Shown one piece after another: positions 8,181 through 18,670 of a stretch of DNA of 64,000 nucleotides (position 1 is its first letter; each line of letters opens with the position of its first letter). A program made the position numbers and the translations under genes. A model generated the notes under the pieces. That model searched no databases and was not told the origin of the DNA. It saw nothing but the letters and a program-made list of their open reading frames with translations. Origin of the DNA: an uncultured Gammaproteobacteria bacterium (lineage in GTDB: Bacteria > Cyanobacteriota > Vampirovibrionia > 2-02-FULL-35-15); assembly GCA_964602915.1 (NCBI GenBank), contig CAZRTB010000002.1, positions 86,301 to 150,300 on the forward strand. The letters are read 5' to 3'.

Positions 8181-9389
8181 TTGACTAATATGGTTAACTT
8201 ACAAAATGAAAATTATTCAATCTCTCAAAAAGCTGTAATAGGTGGAAGAAAGATTGCGAGACAGACATATGGTTTTGATGAAGTATCAATTGTGCCTGGA
8301 AGAATTACTTTAGATTTAGATCTTTGCGATACTAGCTTTATGATTGGAAAACACAAATTTGATTTTCCAATTATTGCTTCTGCCATGGATAGTTGTGTAA
8401 GTCCAAAGACTGCAGTTCTAATAAGTAAGCTGGGTGGTTTAGGAGTTTTAAATCTTCAAGGAATTTATACAAGGTATGAAAACTATGAGGATATTTTAAA
8501 ACAAATTACTGAGGCAGATAGAGATAGTTTTGTGCCACTCATGCAGAAGCTTTATCAGGAACCAATAAAAGAAAATTTAATTGAACAGAGAATTAAAGAA
8601 ATAAAATCAGCTGGTGGAATCTGTGCAGTTTCATGTACACCAAATGTTGCAAATAATTATGGTCCAATAATAGAAAAAGCAGGAGCAGATATTTTAGTGG
8701 TTCAAGGAACAGTTGTTTCTGTCGAACATAAATCTAACGATAAAAATTCATGCTTTAATCTCTCAGACTTTATAACAAAAATGAAAATTCCAGTTGTTGT
8801 AGGAAATTGTGTAACTTATGAAGTTGCTCTTGAGCACATGAAATCAGGAGCAAGTGCTATTTTAGTAGGAGTCGGTCCTGGAGCGGCTTGTACTAGTCGT
8901 GGCGTTCTTGGAATTGGTGTACCAATGCCTACTTCTATTGCTGATTGTTCAGCGGCAAGAGATGATTATTTTAGTAAAACGGGCAGATATGTACATGTAA
9001 TTGCTGATGGTGGAATGGCAACTGGTGGAGATATTTGTAAGGCTATAGCATGTGGTGCTGATGCAGTAATGATAGGCTCACCATTTTCTAAAGCAAAAGA
9101 AGCACCAGGACGTGGTTTTCACTGGGGAATGGCTACACCAAGTCCAGTTCTTCCTCGTGGTACCAGAATTAATGTAGGCTCTATAGGAACACTTGAACAA
9201 ATACTTTTAGGTCCAGCGACTTTTGATGACGGTACGCATAATTTTGTAGGCGCTATAAAAACCTCTATGTCTACAGTAGGTGCCTCTAACATAAAGGAAA
9301 TGCAGAGTGTAGAAGTAGTAATTGCACCATCTATTCTCACTGAAGGAAAAGTCTTCCAAAAAGCTCAGAAGCTTGGCATGGGTAAGTAG
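8181..9389 (+). CDS. IMP dehydrogenase family protein lacking CBS domains (GuaB3-like)
   Basis: A TIM-barrel IMPDH-like sequence with the catalytic-loop-like GVGPGAACTSRGVLGIGVPM and VIADGGMATGGDICKAIACGADAVMIGS (IMPDH phosphate-binding region). Its 402-aa length with no CBS insert is typical of the GuaB3-like clade. Confidence 0.7.
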   Translation: MTNMVNLQNENYSISQKAVIGGRKIARQTYGFDEVSIVPGRITLDLDLCDTSFMIGKHKFDFPIIASAMDSCVSPKTAVLISKLGGLGVLNLQGIYTRYENYEDILKQITEADRDSFVPLMQKLYQEPIKENLIEQRIKEIKSAGGICAVSCTPNVANNYGPIIEKAGADILVVQGTVVSVEHKSNDKNSCFNLSDFITKMKIPVVVGNCVTYEVALEHMKSGASAILVGVGPGAACTSRGVLGIGVPMPTSIADCSAARDDYFSKTGRYVHVIADGGMATGGDICKAIACGADAVMIGSPFSKAKEAPGRGFHWGMATPSPVLPRGTRINVGSIGTLEQILLGPATFDDGTHNFVGAIKTSMSTVGASNIKEMQSVEVVIAPSILTEGKVFQKAQKLGMGK

Positions 9390-9401
9390 AAGTAGATTGA
9401 T

Positions 9402-9440
9402 TGGGGACGGTTCTAGTTGCGTCCCCAACTTGTATTATTA
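9402..9440 (+). terminator. Putative intrinsic terminator after the IMPDH-family gene
   Basis: Stem tggggacg (9402-9409), 10-nt loop, stem cgtcccca (9420-9427), followed by a T-rich but imperfect tract (acttgtattatt). Confidence 0.45.
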
Positions 9441-9506
9441 GAAGAATTTAATTTTACTGATTTGACACTGTGATAGCATATTTTTTAATTAGGATATTTA
9501 TAAAAT

Positions 9507-10553
9507 ATGAGAGTAGTTTCAGTAGGACAAGTTTTATCTCCATCGAAAGATAAGTACGGTTCTGCAGTTTCAGACATTGATGGGGACGGTGTAGCTACTC
9601 GTGAAGATTGTGGTGATAGTAGTTTCGCTAGATATGACTTAGAATCAAGGATAGTTACTTGTGGTGTATTTGATGGTGTTGGTAGTTGTAATAATGATGT
9701 TTTATCCAGTCAAACTGTATGTGGATCAGTAAGTGGATATTTAAAACGACCTTTAAGTCCTGAATCTATAGTTAGTGATTTATATAATGCTTCATTTAGT
9801 GCTTTCCAGGCTTTAAGAAATTATCCCTTAGAAGATAAAGCTAATGGTTTATCTTCTACTGCTACATATGTAGTTGTTCTTCCAGGTGGAGAGGCTTTTA
9901 TCGTAAATTGTGGAGACTCACGATGTTATAGGTTTCGTGATGGCGAACTACAGATGTTAACTATTGATGACAGAAGCTTTCACAGTATAAGTGATCTAGA
10001 AGAACCATATAAATCATTATATGAAAAGCTTTCTGTTAATGATGGTATTGAAGGAATTAAAGCAATGCAGGGATTGAAAACTGCAGATGAAGCATTGGAA
10101 TTTTATAGTAAAAGAGTAATTCTTAGAGAAGAATCTGAGTTGAGGTTATTGTTAGCATTTCAGGAATATTTTTCTAATATACAATTCAAAGATATTGATG
10201 ATGCTACTTCTACAGAAAAAACATTTGGTGTTATTCCTGCCGGAATTGTAAATAGGGGAAATATAATTGTCAGATCCATAGATTCTGCTTCAGTTCCATA
10301 TCTTTCAATTACTAAAACTCATTTAGAAGAAGGTGATATTTTATTCCTTTGTACTGATGGATTGAGTGATGTTTTGCCTACAGATGATATAAAAAAACAG
10401 ATTGATTTATGGAAAACAGCAAAACCACATGTTATAGCTAGAATGCTTATAGATTATACAAGAGAGCTAGTTAGGGAAAACAGATGTTTTTATACTAGAA
10501 ATAAAGAAGATGACATTGGTGTGGCTGTGGTTAAGTGGGGAGAGAAGAAGTAG
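9507..10553 (+). CDS. PP2C-family (PPM) protein serine/threonine phosphatase
   Basis: PPM motifs GVFDGVGS (metal-binding motif 1), NCGDSRCY (the GDSR motif) and LCTDGLSDVL (C-terminal Asp motif). Confidence 0.65.
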   Translation: MRVVSVGQVLSPSKDKYGSAVSDIDGDGVATREDCGDSSFARYDLESRIVTCGVFDGVGSCNNDVLSSQTVCGSVSGYLKRPLSPESIVSDLYNASFSAFQALRNYPLEDKANGLSSTATYVVVLPGGEAFIVNCGDSRCYRFRDGELQMLTIDDRSFHSISDLEEPYKSLYEKLSVNDGIEGIKAMQGLKTADEALEFYSKRVILREESELRLLLAFQEYFSNIQFKDIDDATSTEKTFGVIPAGIVNRGNIIVRSIDSASVPYLSITKTHLEEGDILFLCTDGLSDVLPTDDIKKQIDLWKTAKPHVIARMLIDYTRELVRENRCFYTRNKEDDIGVAVVKWGEKK

Positions 10554-10595
10554 TGCTAGAATTGGTTTTAATAAAAAGAATATTTGAGGTAAATT

Positions 10596-10955
10596 ATGAG
10601 TTCTAGAATTATGACTATTTGTACGCTTAATACTTATGTGAAGAGATATGCTACTTCTATGCCAGCTCAAACGGCTGTAGCTACCTGGGAAGGACCATTT
10701 ACAAGACCAGAAGAAAGGTTTATTGAAGTAGATATTATGGATTACTTTAGGCAAAATATAAAACAACTAACTAACAATGAGGTTTTTGATTATACAAATA
10801 GCTTTATCAGACAAAACCCTAAAGATGAGACTTTCTTAGATGATTTAACTGCACTGTTAAAGGAAATAAAACCTGATTACTTACCTTATGTTTTAAAAGA
10901 AATAGGAAGATATAATCCTAAGCTAAGCGAACAATGTTTAAAATTAGTTGCTTAA
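10596..10955 (+). CDS. Hypothetical protein (119 aa)
   Basis: ORF with an SD (gaggt) upstream and no recognisable motif. Confidence 0.35.
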   Translation: MSSRIMTICTLNTYVKRYATSMPAQTAVATWEGPFTRPEERFIEVDIMDYFRQNIKQLTNNEVFDYTNSFIRQNPKDETFLDDLTALLKEIKPDYLPYVLKEIGRYNPKLSEQCLKLVA

Positions 10956-11059
10956 AGACTTTTAGCATAACCTATAGCTAAAGTGTCGTTTAATAATATT
11001 AAATTAAATTAATTTTTAAAGGTTGACTTAATTTAAATGTTCTTTATATAGTTTTATTA

Positions 11060-11776
11060 ATGAGAATAGATTCGTATATTACTACTGGATTAATTAAAGC
11101 ATTGCAGTTGCAATCACAAGAACTAAAAAGAAATCTTATTATTCCTGAAATCTCAGGAGTATTTACCAATGTTCAGTATAGATCTGTGGATGAAGAGAAA
11201 ACCATTTCCATTCCTCAAGGATTCTATTCATTTGGCTCACCAAATGTTAAGGGAGCTGTAATCTTGGCTACAGGTGGACTTGGACCATGTGTTGCTGTTG
11301 TTGCTTATAATAGTCAAACAAAAATTGGAATGATTGCACATATAGACGAAGCTAATAAAACTAAAAATGTAATGGATATAATTTATAAAGGATTAGGAAG
11401 TGATGTAAAAATAGCTATTATTGGTGGAATTGTAAATGGACAATCAAGTAGCTTTGCTACTAGTGAACTAGGTAGTTATATTACTGAAGACGTAGTCAAT
11501 TCATCAAAAGATATTATTTCTGAAATTATAAAACATGGAACAAATTGTAATATTGTTGGTAAAAGCATTTTGCAGAGCAGAATTCAATCAGTAGCATTAG
11601 ATACTTCAATTGGAGAAATTTTCATCCCACAAAATTTACCATCAGCACATGGGAGGCAATCGAGAGGCTTTATTCAGTGTAGTCACGTTAATGAAAAAGG
11701 AGTAGTATTTCACTACACTATTTGTGATAAGAATGGGTTGGATAGAAATGCTAATGTTAACAGGGTTCAATTATAA
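11060..11776 (+). CDS. Hypothetical protein with a CheD-like (deamidase-fold) signature
   Basis: The segment ATGGLGPCVAVVAYNSQTKIGMIAHI resembles the CheD catalytic-Cys/His region (TLGLGSCVAV...KVGGMAHVMLP). It is about 238 aa, which is roughly 70 aa longer than canonical CheD. No chemotaxis genes are visible nearby. Confidence 0.35.
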   Translation: MRIDSYITTGLIKALQLQSQELKRNLIIPEISGVFTNVQYRSVDEEKTISIPQGFYSFGSPNVKGAVILATGGLGPCVAVVAYNSQTKIGMIAHIDEANKTKNVMDIIYKGLGSDVKIAIIGGIVNGQSSSFATSELGSYITEDVVNSSKDIISEIIKHGTNCNIVGKSILQSRIQSVALDTSIGEIFIPQNLPSAHGRQSRGFIQCSHVNEKGVVFHYTICDKNGLDRNANVNRVQL

Positions 11777-11800
11777 TGATTATTGCTTATAAATTTAAAA

Positions 11801-11828
11801 GGACCCGTCCGATTTATTCGGCGGGTCC
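11801..11828 (-). terminator. GC-rich hairpin terminator downstream of tRNA-Val (minus strand)
   Basis: ggacccgtccga-tttat-tcggcgggtcc is an 11-bp stem with one bulge. On the minus strand it is followed by ttttaaattt. It also lies just after the plus-strand gene that ends at 11776. Confidence 0.6.
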
Positions 11829-11889
11829 GGTAGAGCGCTATTTAGGTTAGAGGGAAGGTTCAGCTTGTCTGAACCTTCATAAAAGAAAA

Positions 11890-11961
11890 TGGGCAGTAAA
11901 GGATTTGAACCTTTGACCCCCTCGGTGTAAACGAGGTGCGCTACCGCTGCGCCAACTGCCC
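11890..11961 (-). tRNA. tRNA-Val (anticodon UAC)
   Basis: The reverse complement gives GGGCAGTTGGCGCAGCGGTAGCGCACCTCGTTTACACCGAGGGGGTCAAAGGTTCAAATCCTTTACTGCCCA. There is a 7-bp acceptor stem, a D-arm with GG, an anticodon stem CCTCG/CGAGG with loop TTTACAC (anticodon TAC), a T-arm GGTTCAAATCC and discriminator A. No CCA is encoded. Confidence 0.85.
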
Positions 11962-12041
11962 ATAGGACAGAAATATTATAACGTACCACGTAAAATTATT
12001 GTGAAATTCGATGTAGGTATGTTGTATGCAATACAGACGTA

Positions 12042-12725
12042 TTAACGTAGTCTCTGAATTTTCTTTTCATTAAAAAATAATATGTCTTCTAATTTTTGAT
12101 TAGACCAGTCGCTAAATCTAAACGTATTTGGATTAAATTGTTTAGGGTTTTCAAGCTTTATAAAATATTGAGAAAGTGGTCTTTTTTGTACCTGAGGGTA
12201 TAGTTTTTCTCTGTCCCATTTTAAGTTTTCAGACCTTTCTATAGATCCTATTACATGTCCTGTATCATCTATTAAAAAATCATTTTCTATTTGAGCAATT
12301 ACACTTTCATCATAATTTCTTACCAGCTCATTTGTTTCTAGTTTTATCCACCCAAGTAAATCTTTACCATAGTAATCATATAGTTTTAAATCATTATCTA
12401 TAAAAGCCACTGGTCTCCCTTCTTTATTTAAGACAAATGCATCTTTAAACTTTAATTGTTTTTTATTTTGCTCAGTAATTACTTGTAAATCCTGAACTAC
12501 TTTTGAAGTTTGAGTAAAATCTTTTATAAGAGTGTTTTGATTCTCTATTAAATCTGTTACTTGTTCAAGAAGTTTAGCTGTTGTAGACTTTTGTTCTTCT
12601 AGATCCACCTGTAACTTACTTACTTGATCTTTTAACTGAAGATTCTCTTTTGTTGTTTGTGCTAACGAAACCTGATTAAAGAATGAAATCAGTAATATAA
12701 ACAATAAAAAACATTTTTTACCCAT
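12042..12725 (-). CDS. Secreted coiled-coil protein, function unknown
   Basis: Signal peptide MGKKCFLLFILLISFFNQVSLAQT, then a Q/L/K/E-rich heptad-like region (QLKDQVSKLQVDLEEQKSTTAKLLEQVTDLIENQNTLIKDF) and a C-terminal globular region. Confidence 0.45.
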   Translation of the reverse strand: MGKKCFLLFILLISFFNQVSLAQTTKENLQLKDQVSKLQVDLEEQKSTTAKLLEQVTDLIENQNTLIKDFTQTSKVVQDLQVITEQNKKQLKFKDAFVLNKEGRPVAFIDNDLKLYDYYGKDLLGWIKLETNELVRNYDESVIAQIENDFLIDDTGHVIGSIERSENLKWDREKLYPQVQKRPLSQYFIKLENPKQFNPNTFRFSDWSNQKLEDILFFNEKKIQRLR

Positions 12726-12838
12726 AAGATAAATTATATAACTAACTTGTTTTGTTAAGGATTTACCTGGCTTTGCCAGTAAATTCGGTCTTTGTAAATG
12801 TGCTAAAGATGGAAGTCGCCAGCTTGTCTGGTGACATT

Positions 12839-13846
12839 CTAATTAAACAATTCACTTACAGAATCATCTAAGTGAATTCTTTTAATAGCTTCTGCTAAAA
12901 GTCCAGCAACACTTAAGACTGTTAGATTCTTAGGTGCTTTTTCTGGAGCGATAGGGACTGAGTTTGTTGCTATTAATTTAGTAATCGGGGAATTGTCAAT
13001 TCTCTCTTTTGCTTTGCCAGATAAAACAGCATGGGTACAGCAGGCAAGAACTTCTTTTGCCCCTTCTTTTTTTAGAAGGCTTGCTCCTAGAGTGATAGTC
13101 CCTGCTGTATCAATCATGTCATCGACAAGAACACAGGTTTTCCCTTTTATTTCACCAATGATATTTATAACTTCTACAGTATTGTGTTTATCAACAGGTC
13201 TTCTTTTGTCGAGAATAGCAATCGGCGCATCGTTAAGTCTTTTTGCAAATGCACGAGCTCTTGTCACACCACCTACATCAGGGCTTACTACTACAATGTC
13301 TTTTAGATTTAAGCTATTTATATGATCAACAATTACTGGTGTAGCAAATAAGTGATCTACAATTACATCAAAAAATCCCATCATTTGAGTAGCATGTAAG
13401 TCTAAAGCTAGAACTCTTGAAGTACCTGCTTTTGAAAGTAGATCAGCAATTAGTTTTGCTGTGATTGGTTCACGACCAGCGGCTTTTCTGTCTTGTCTTC
13501 CGTAGCCATAGTAAGGCATTACTACTGTAATCTTTTCTGCACTTGCACGTTTTAAAGCATCTAAAACTATTAATAATTCCATTACGTTTTCATTTACAGG
13601 TGGACAAGTGGGTTGAATAATAAATACATCACAACCTCTAACACTTTCTTCTACCTGTACATAGAGTTCACCATCAGAAAATGGTTGAATATTGATTTTC
13701 CCAAGTGGAAGACCAAGACTATTGCAGATATCTTGAGCAAGTGGTTTATTTGCTCGGCCTGAAAATATTTTTACTGCTCTTTTTCCGTTCACTTGTGATA
13801 ATAATGGGTTTTCTTCGGTTTGATTCTTTATGAGAGTCTCTAACAT
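12839..13846 (-). CDS. prs: Ribose-phosphate pyrophosphokinase (PRPP synthetase)
   Basis: It carries the PRPP-synthetase fingerprints KIFSGRANKPLAQDIC, DLHATQMMGFFDV, the divalent-cation site and the PRPP-binding loop VLVDDMIDTAGT. Confidence 0.95.
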   Translation of the reverse strand: MLETLIKNQTEENPLLSQVNGKRAVKIFSGRANKPLAQDICNSLGLPLGKINIQPFSDGELYVQVEESVRGCDVFIIQPTCPPVNENVMELLIVLDALKRASAEKITVVMPYYGYGRQDRKAAGREPITAKLIADLLSKAGTSRVLALDLHATQMMGFFDVIVDHLFATPVIVDHINSLNLKDIVVVSPDVGGVTRARAFAKRLNDAPIAILDKRRPVDKHNTVEVINIIGEIKGKTCVLVDDMIDTAGTITLGASLLKKEGAKEVLACCTHAVLSGKAKERIDNSPITKLIATNSVPIAPEKAPKNLTVLSVAGLLAEAIKRIHLDDSVSELFN

Positions 13847-13941
13847 TAAATATACCTTTCTAATAGAAAATTAAATAGCTTCATCTTCATTCTCCTAAAT
13901 TTAAATTAAAAGTACAAGAGACTTATACAAAGTAAATAAAG

Positions 13942-14619
13942 TTAAATAGTATATTCTGGAAGGATTCTTGGTCTTTTTCTTATTAGATCTCTTTGATTTA
14001 TTGATAAACTCAGATCACCTTCACTAATTTCAAAGGCTTTCATAATAGGTAGTGCAGACTCTTCATTTATAAGATATAAGACTCTAATAAAATCAGTTAA
14101 ATGATCATCTGGTCTTAAATTGTCATTTATAGGCATAAAGTAAGGTTCTCCAAGCATATTTTCAACAATTTCAAGAGTGATTTTTTGAAGATCAGGTAAA
14201 AGTTCGTATAGATCACCATTCTGTAATATATATTCTGCAATAGTTTCAGCTGATCTTTGTTTTAATCTGGCAAGGGTTCTTAAAAATTCAGTTCTTGTAA
14301 ATTCTAACGGGTCATGAAATCTTGACCTATCTAAACCCTCAGGTATGAGATTTTCACTAATTTCATCTGGCTCAATTAATACCGGGAAGTTCTCATTGTC
14401 AGCTAAAAAGTTCATAAGACTAAAAACATCTTGCCTTGAAATCCCTTGATGGATAATTGATTCAAGAGCAACTGCTCTCTCATTTAAATTAGTTACTTGC
14501 CAAGTAGGATTAAATGCAATTTGACTTAAAACTTGCTTAGGTTTATCTCGAAATTCACCTACCCAATTAGCAAGTTGTCTTACTTTAAGAGATGAATGTG
14601 GTGGGAGTCTATGAATCAT
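13942..14619 (-). CDS. Acidic hypothetical protein (225 aa)
   Basis: Clean ORF between prs and gyrB with no recognisable motif. Confidence 0.4.
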   Translation of the reverse strand: MIHRLPPHSSLKVRQLANWVGEFRDKPKQVLSQIAFNPTWQVTNLNERAVALESIIHQGISRQDVFSLMNFLADNENFPVLIEPDEISENLIPEGLDRSRFHDPLEFTRTEFLRTLARLKQRSAETIAEYILQNGDLYELLPDLQKITLEIVENMLGEPYFMPINDNLRPDDHLTDFIRVLYLINEESALPIMKAFEISEGDLSLSINQRDLIRKRPRILPEYTI

Positions 14620-14801
14620 TTATGGTAGTTACTACTTTGTATTACCTGTGAAATTAAGAAAAGTATAACCAGAGCAATTTTTAAAGTCAGCTTTTTATCT
14701 TGCTTGTAAAGAAAAATTTGCAGGTTAAGAATATTAGATATATATATCAAATAATTTTAAGCAGATTTCTACTAGAGAAATTATCTTAATTTGGGAATTG
14801 G

Positions 14802-16808
<2,007 letters not shown>

Positions 16809-16866
16809 TCAAAATTTGTAAAAAATACTATGATATTTTAACATTTTTGATACTTAAAAGCTAGAT

Positions 16867-17187
16867 TTAATACTTAAAGCGTATATCTTTAAAATTGATA
16901 TCCGTATTTCTAATGGCAGATTTTAGCCGAGATAAAATTGACGTTTTTTGCATAGACAATTCGGTCGCTAAAGTACTGCTTTTAACGCTAATTACAAGAT
17001 TGTTTTCCTTGTCAAAATAGGCAATTTTACTGTTGCTGGCTATATCAAAACTAGTAACAAGAGGCCATAACTCGTTCAGAGCAGATATCTTCAAATTATT
17101 TTCAATTCCAAGGTTTTCTTTTACTTGAGGAATTAATTGTTCAAGTTTTACGAGCTCACCTTTAGGACGAATATCTTTTCTATTCAT
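16867..17187 (-). CDS. dciA: DUF721 family protein (DciA-like putative replicative-helicase loader)
   Basis: 106-aa protein between recF and gyrB. It has the NELWPLVTS motif (the DUF721 ...W..VVG pattern), which is conserved in the recF-(DUF721)-gyrB arrangement of many bacteria. Confidence 0.5.
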   Translation of the reverse strand: MNRKDIRPKGELVKLEQLIPQVKENLGIENNLKISALNELWPLVTSFDIASNSKIAYFDKENNLVISVKSSTLATELSMQKTSILSRLKSAIRNTDINFKDIRFKY

Positions 17188-17305
17188 ACAAAAATTATAT
17201 CAATTTGGGAACCTGTCATTAAAGTTATTAATCTATTTCTCTAGCTATATTTCAAAATAAGCAGATCCCAATTGATGTATAATGTTTTATTAAAGAGGTG
17301 AGTAA

Positions 17306-17419
17306 ATGAGTCCAGCTGTAGGTGTAGGTATCGTAATCACATTTTTTATTACGATTTTAAGTCTTGGAATGACAATCCTTATTAGAACGATTAAAGAAGG
17401 GAAAAAGCATTCTCATTAA
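17306..17419 (+). CDS. Candidate 37-aa single-TM small protein (not in the ORF track)
   Basis: ATG at 17306 preceded by a strong SD (aaagaggtg, 6 nt spacing). It translates to MSPAVGVGIVITFFITILSLGMTILIRTIKEGKKHSH, one hydrophobic helix plus a basic tail. It lies in the recF-dciA intergenic region on the opposite strand. Confidence 0.25.
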   Translation: MSPAVGVGIVITFFITILSLGMTILIRTIKEGKKHSH

Positions 17420-17424
17420 ATTAT

Positions 17425-18561
17425 TTAGATGCTTACAACTTTCCCATTTTCAATTTTTAAAACTTTTGCATTTTCTAAAAGCTCTTTTTGTATGTCGCTT
17501 ATATGAGTTGTAGTAATAAAGGTTTGAATATCTTTTGGAAGATTGTGTAAAAGGAAATCTTGCCTGCTCTCATCTAGTTCAGCAAAAACATCATCAAGTA
17601 ATAAAATAGGAATTTCATTTTTTCGAATTTCAATTACTTTTAACTCTGAAAGTTTTAAAGCTAAAACTATTGATCTTTGTTGTCCTTGACTGGCAAAAGA
17701 TTTTGCTTCTCTTTCATTAATTAAAAAATTTAAGTCGTCTCTATGTGGACCTACTAAGCACTGTCCGCGAGCAGTTTCTGCAGAAAATGAAGATTCGATT
17801 TTTGATTTGAAAAGACTCTGAATCTTTTCAATGGATATAGCACTAACCTGCCCTAAGTCAATTGTACTTTCGTAAAGCAGATCAAGATTTTCATTGTTCT
17901 TAGAAATACTTCTTTGAAAATCCTTTGCAATTAATTTAATTTCTTCTATAAATTTAATTCTTTTTAAGAGAATATCCGAACCAAAATTTATTATTTGTTC
18001 ATTCCAGATATCTAGCTGATCTTTAAGAGGCTTCCCTGATATCCCGCTTTCAAAAGCACTTTTTAGTAGAGCATTTTTTTGAGTGATTGACTTTTGATAG
18101 TCTTGAAGTGATTTATGATATTTTGAATCTAGTTGAAAAAGTATTGAGTCTAGCCAATTTCTGCGAGTTGATGGAGACCCTTTGATCAGATAAAGATCTT
18201 CACATGAGAACATGACTGAAAAAAAGTTCCCAAGTAAATCTGCTTGTGGAGCTTTTTTGGCTACACCATTTATTTTTAATTTTCTTCTTCCACTATTATT
18301 TATCTGAAGTGCTATATCTAATCGGTCATTTTTAGTCTCAATATCTGCAAAAATAAGGGCATATTCAGAGTCCCATTTAACTAAGTTGCTGTCCCTTTCT
18401 GCTCTGTCTGATTTACTTGTTGCGAGAATGTTTATAGCCTCTAAAACATTGGTTTTTCCCTGTGCATTTGGGCCTATGATAATAGTCTTTAATTCTTTAA
18501 ATTCCTGCTCAAAATCTGTATAATTGCGGAAATTAGCTAATTTTAACTTTTTTAAAAACAT
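17425..18561 (-). CDS. recF: DNA replication and repair protein RecF
   Basis: N-terminal Walker A (IIGPNAQGKTNVLEAI), the ABC-like signature and Walker B/D-loop (ILLLDDVFAELDESRQ). Length is 378 aa. Confidence 0.9.
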   Translation of the reverse strand: MFLKKLKLANFRNYTDFEQEFKELKTIIIGPNAQGKTNVLEAINILATSKSDRAERDSNLVKWDSEYALIFADIETKNDRLDIALQINNSGRRKLKINGVAKKAPQADLLGNFFSVMFSCEDLYLIKGSPSTRRNWLDSILFQLDSKYHKSLQDYQKSITQKNALLKSAFESGISGKPLKDQLDIWNEQIINFGSDILLKRIKFIEEIKLIAKDFQRSISKNNENLDLLYESTIDLGQVSAISIEKIQSLFKSKIESSFSAETARGQCLVGPHRDDLNFLINEREAKSFASQGQQRSIVLALKLSELKVIEIRKNEIPILLLDDVFAELDESRQDFLLHNLPKDIQTFITTTHISDIQKELLENAKVLKIENGKVVSI

Positions 18562-18670
18562 ATCAGTATATAAGCTTACATGAATATTCTGGATTTATTT
18601 GACTCTGCTATACGTCAATTCTTAAAGCTGAATAAATAAATATTCTTATCAGCTATAATCTTAGAAACTA

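Noticed and set aside
10957-10990. Possible weak hairpin (ctttagc...gctaaag) after the 10596-10955 ORF
   Set aside because: The stem is bulged and no T-tract follows. It is not convincing as a terminator.
11890-11961. tRNA-Val as a possible integration site for the downstream island
   Set aside because: There is no integrase, no direct repeat of the tRNA 3' end and no phage or transposase genes anywhere in the window. The glycan island also begins about 9 kb away.
11795-11989. 64-aa ORF on the minus strand overlapping tRNA-Val
   Set aside because: It is entirely coincident with the tRNA gene and its terminator hairpin, and the tRNA interpretation is far stronger.
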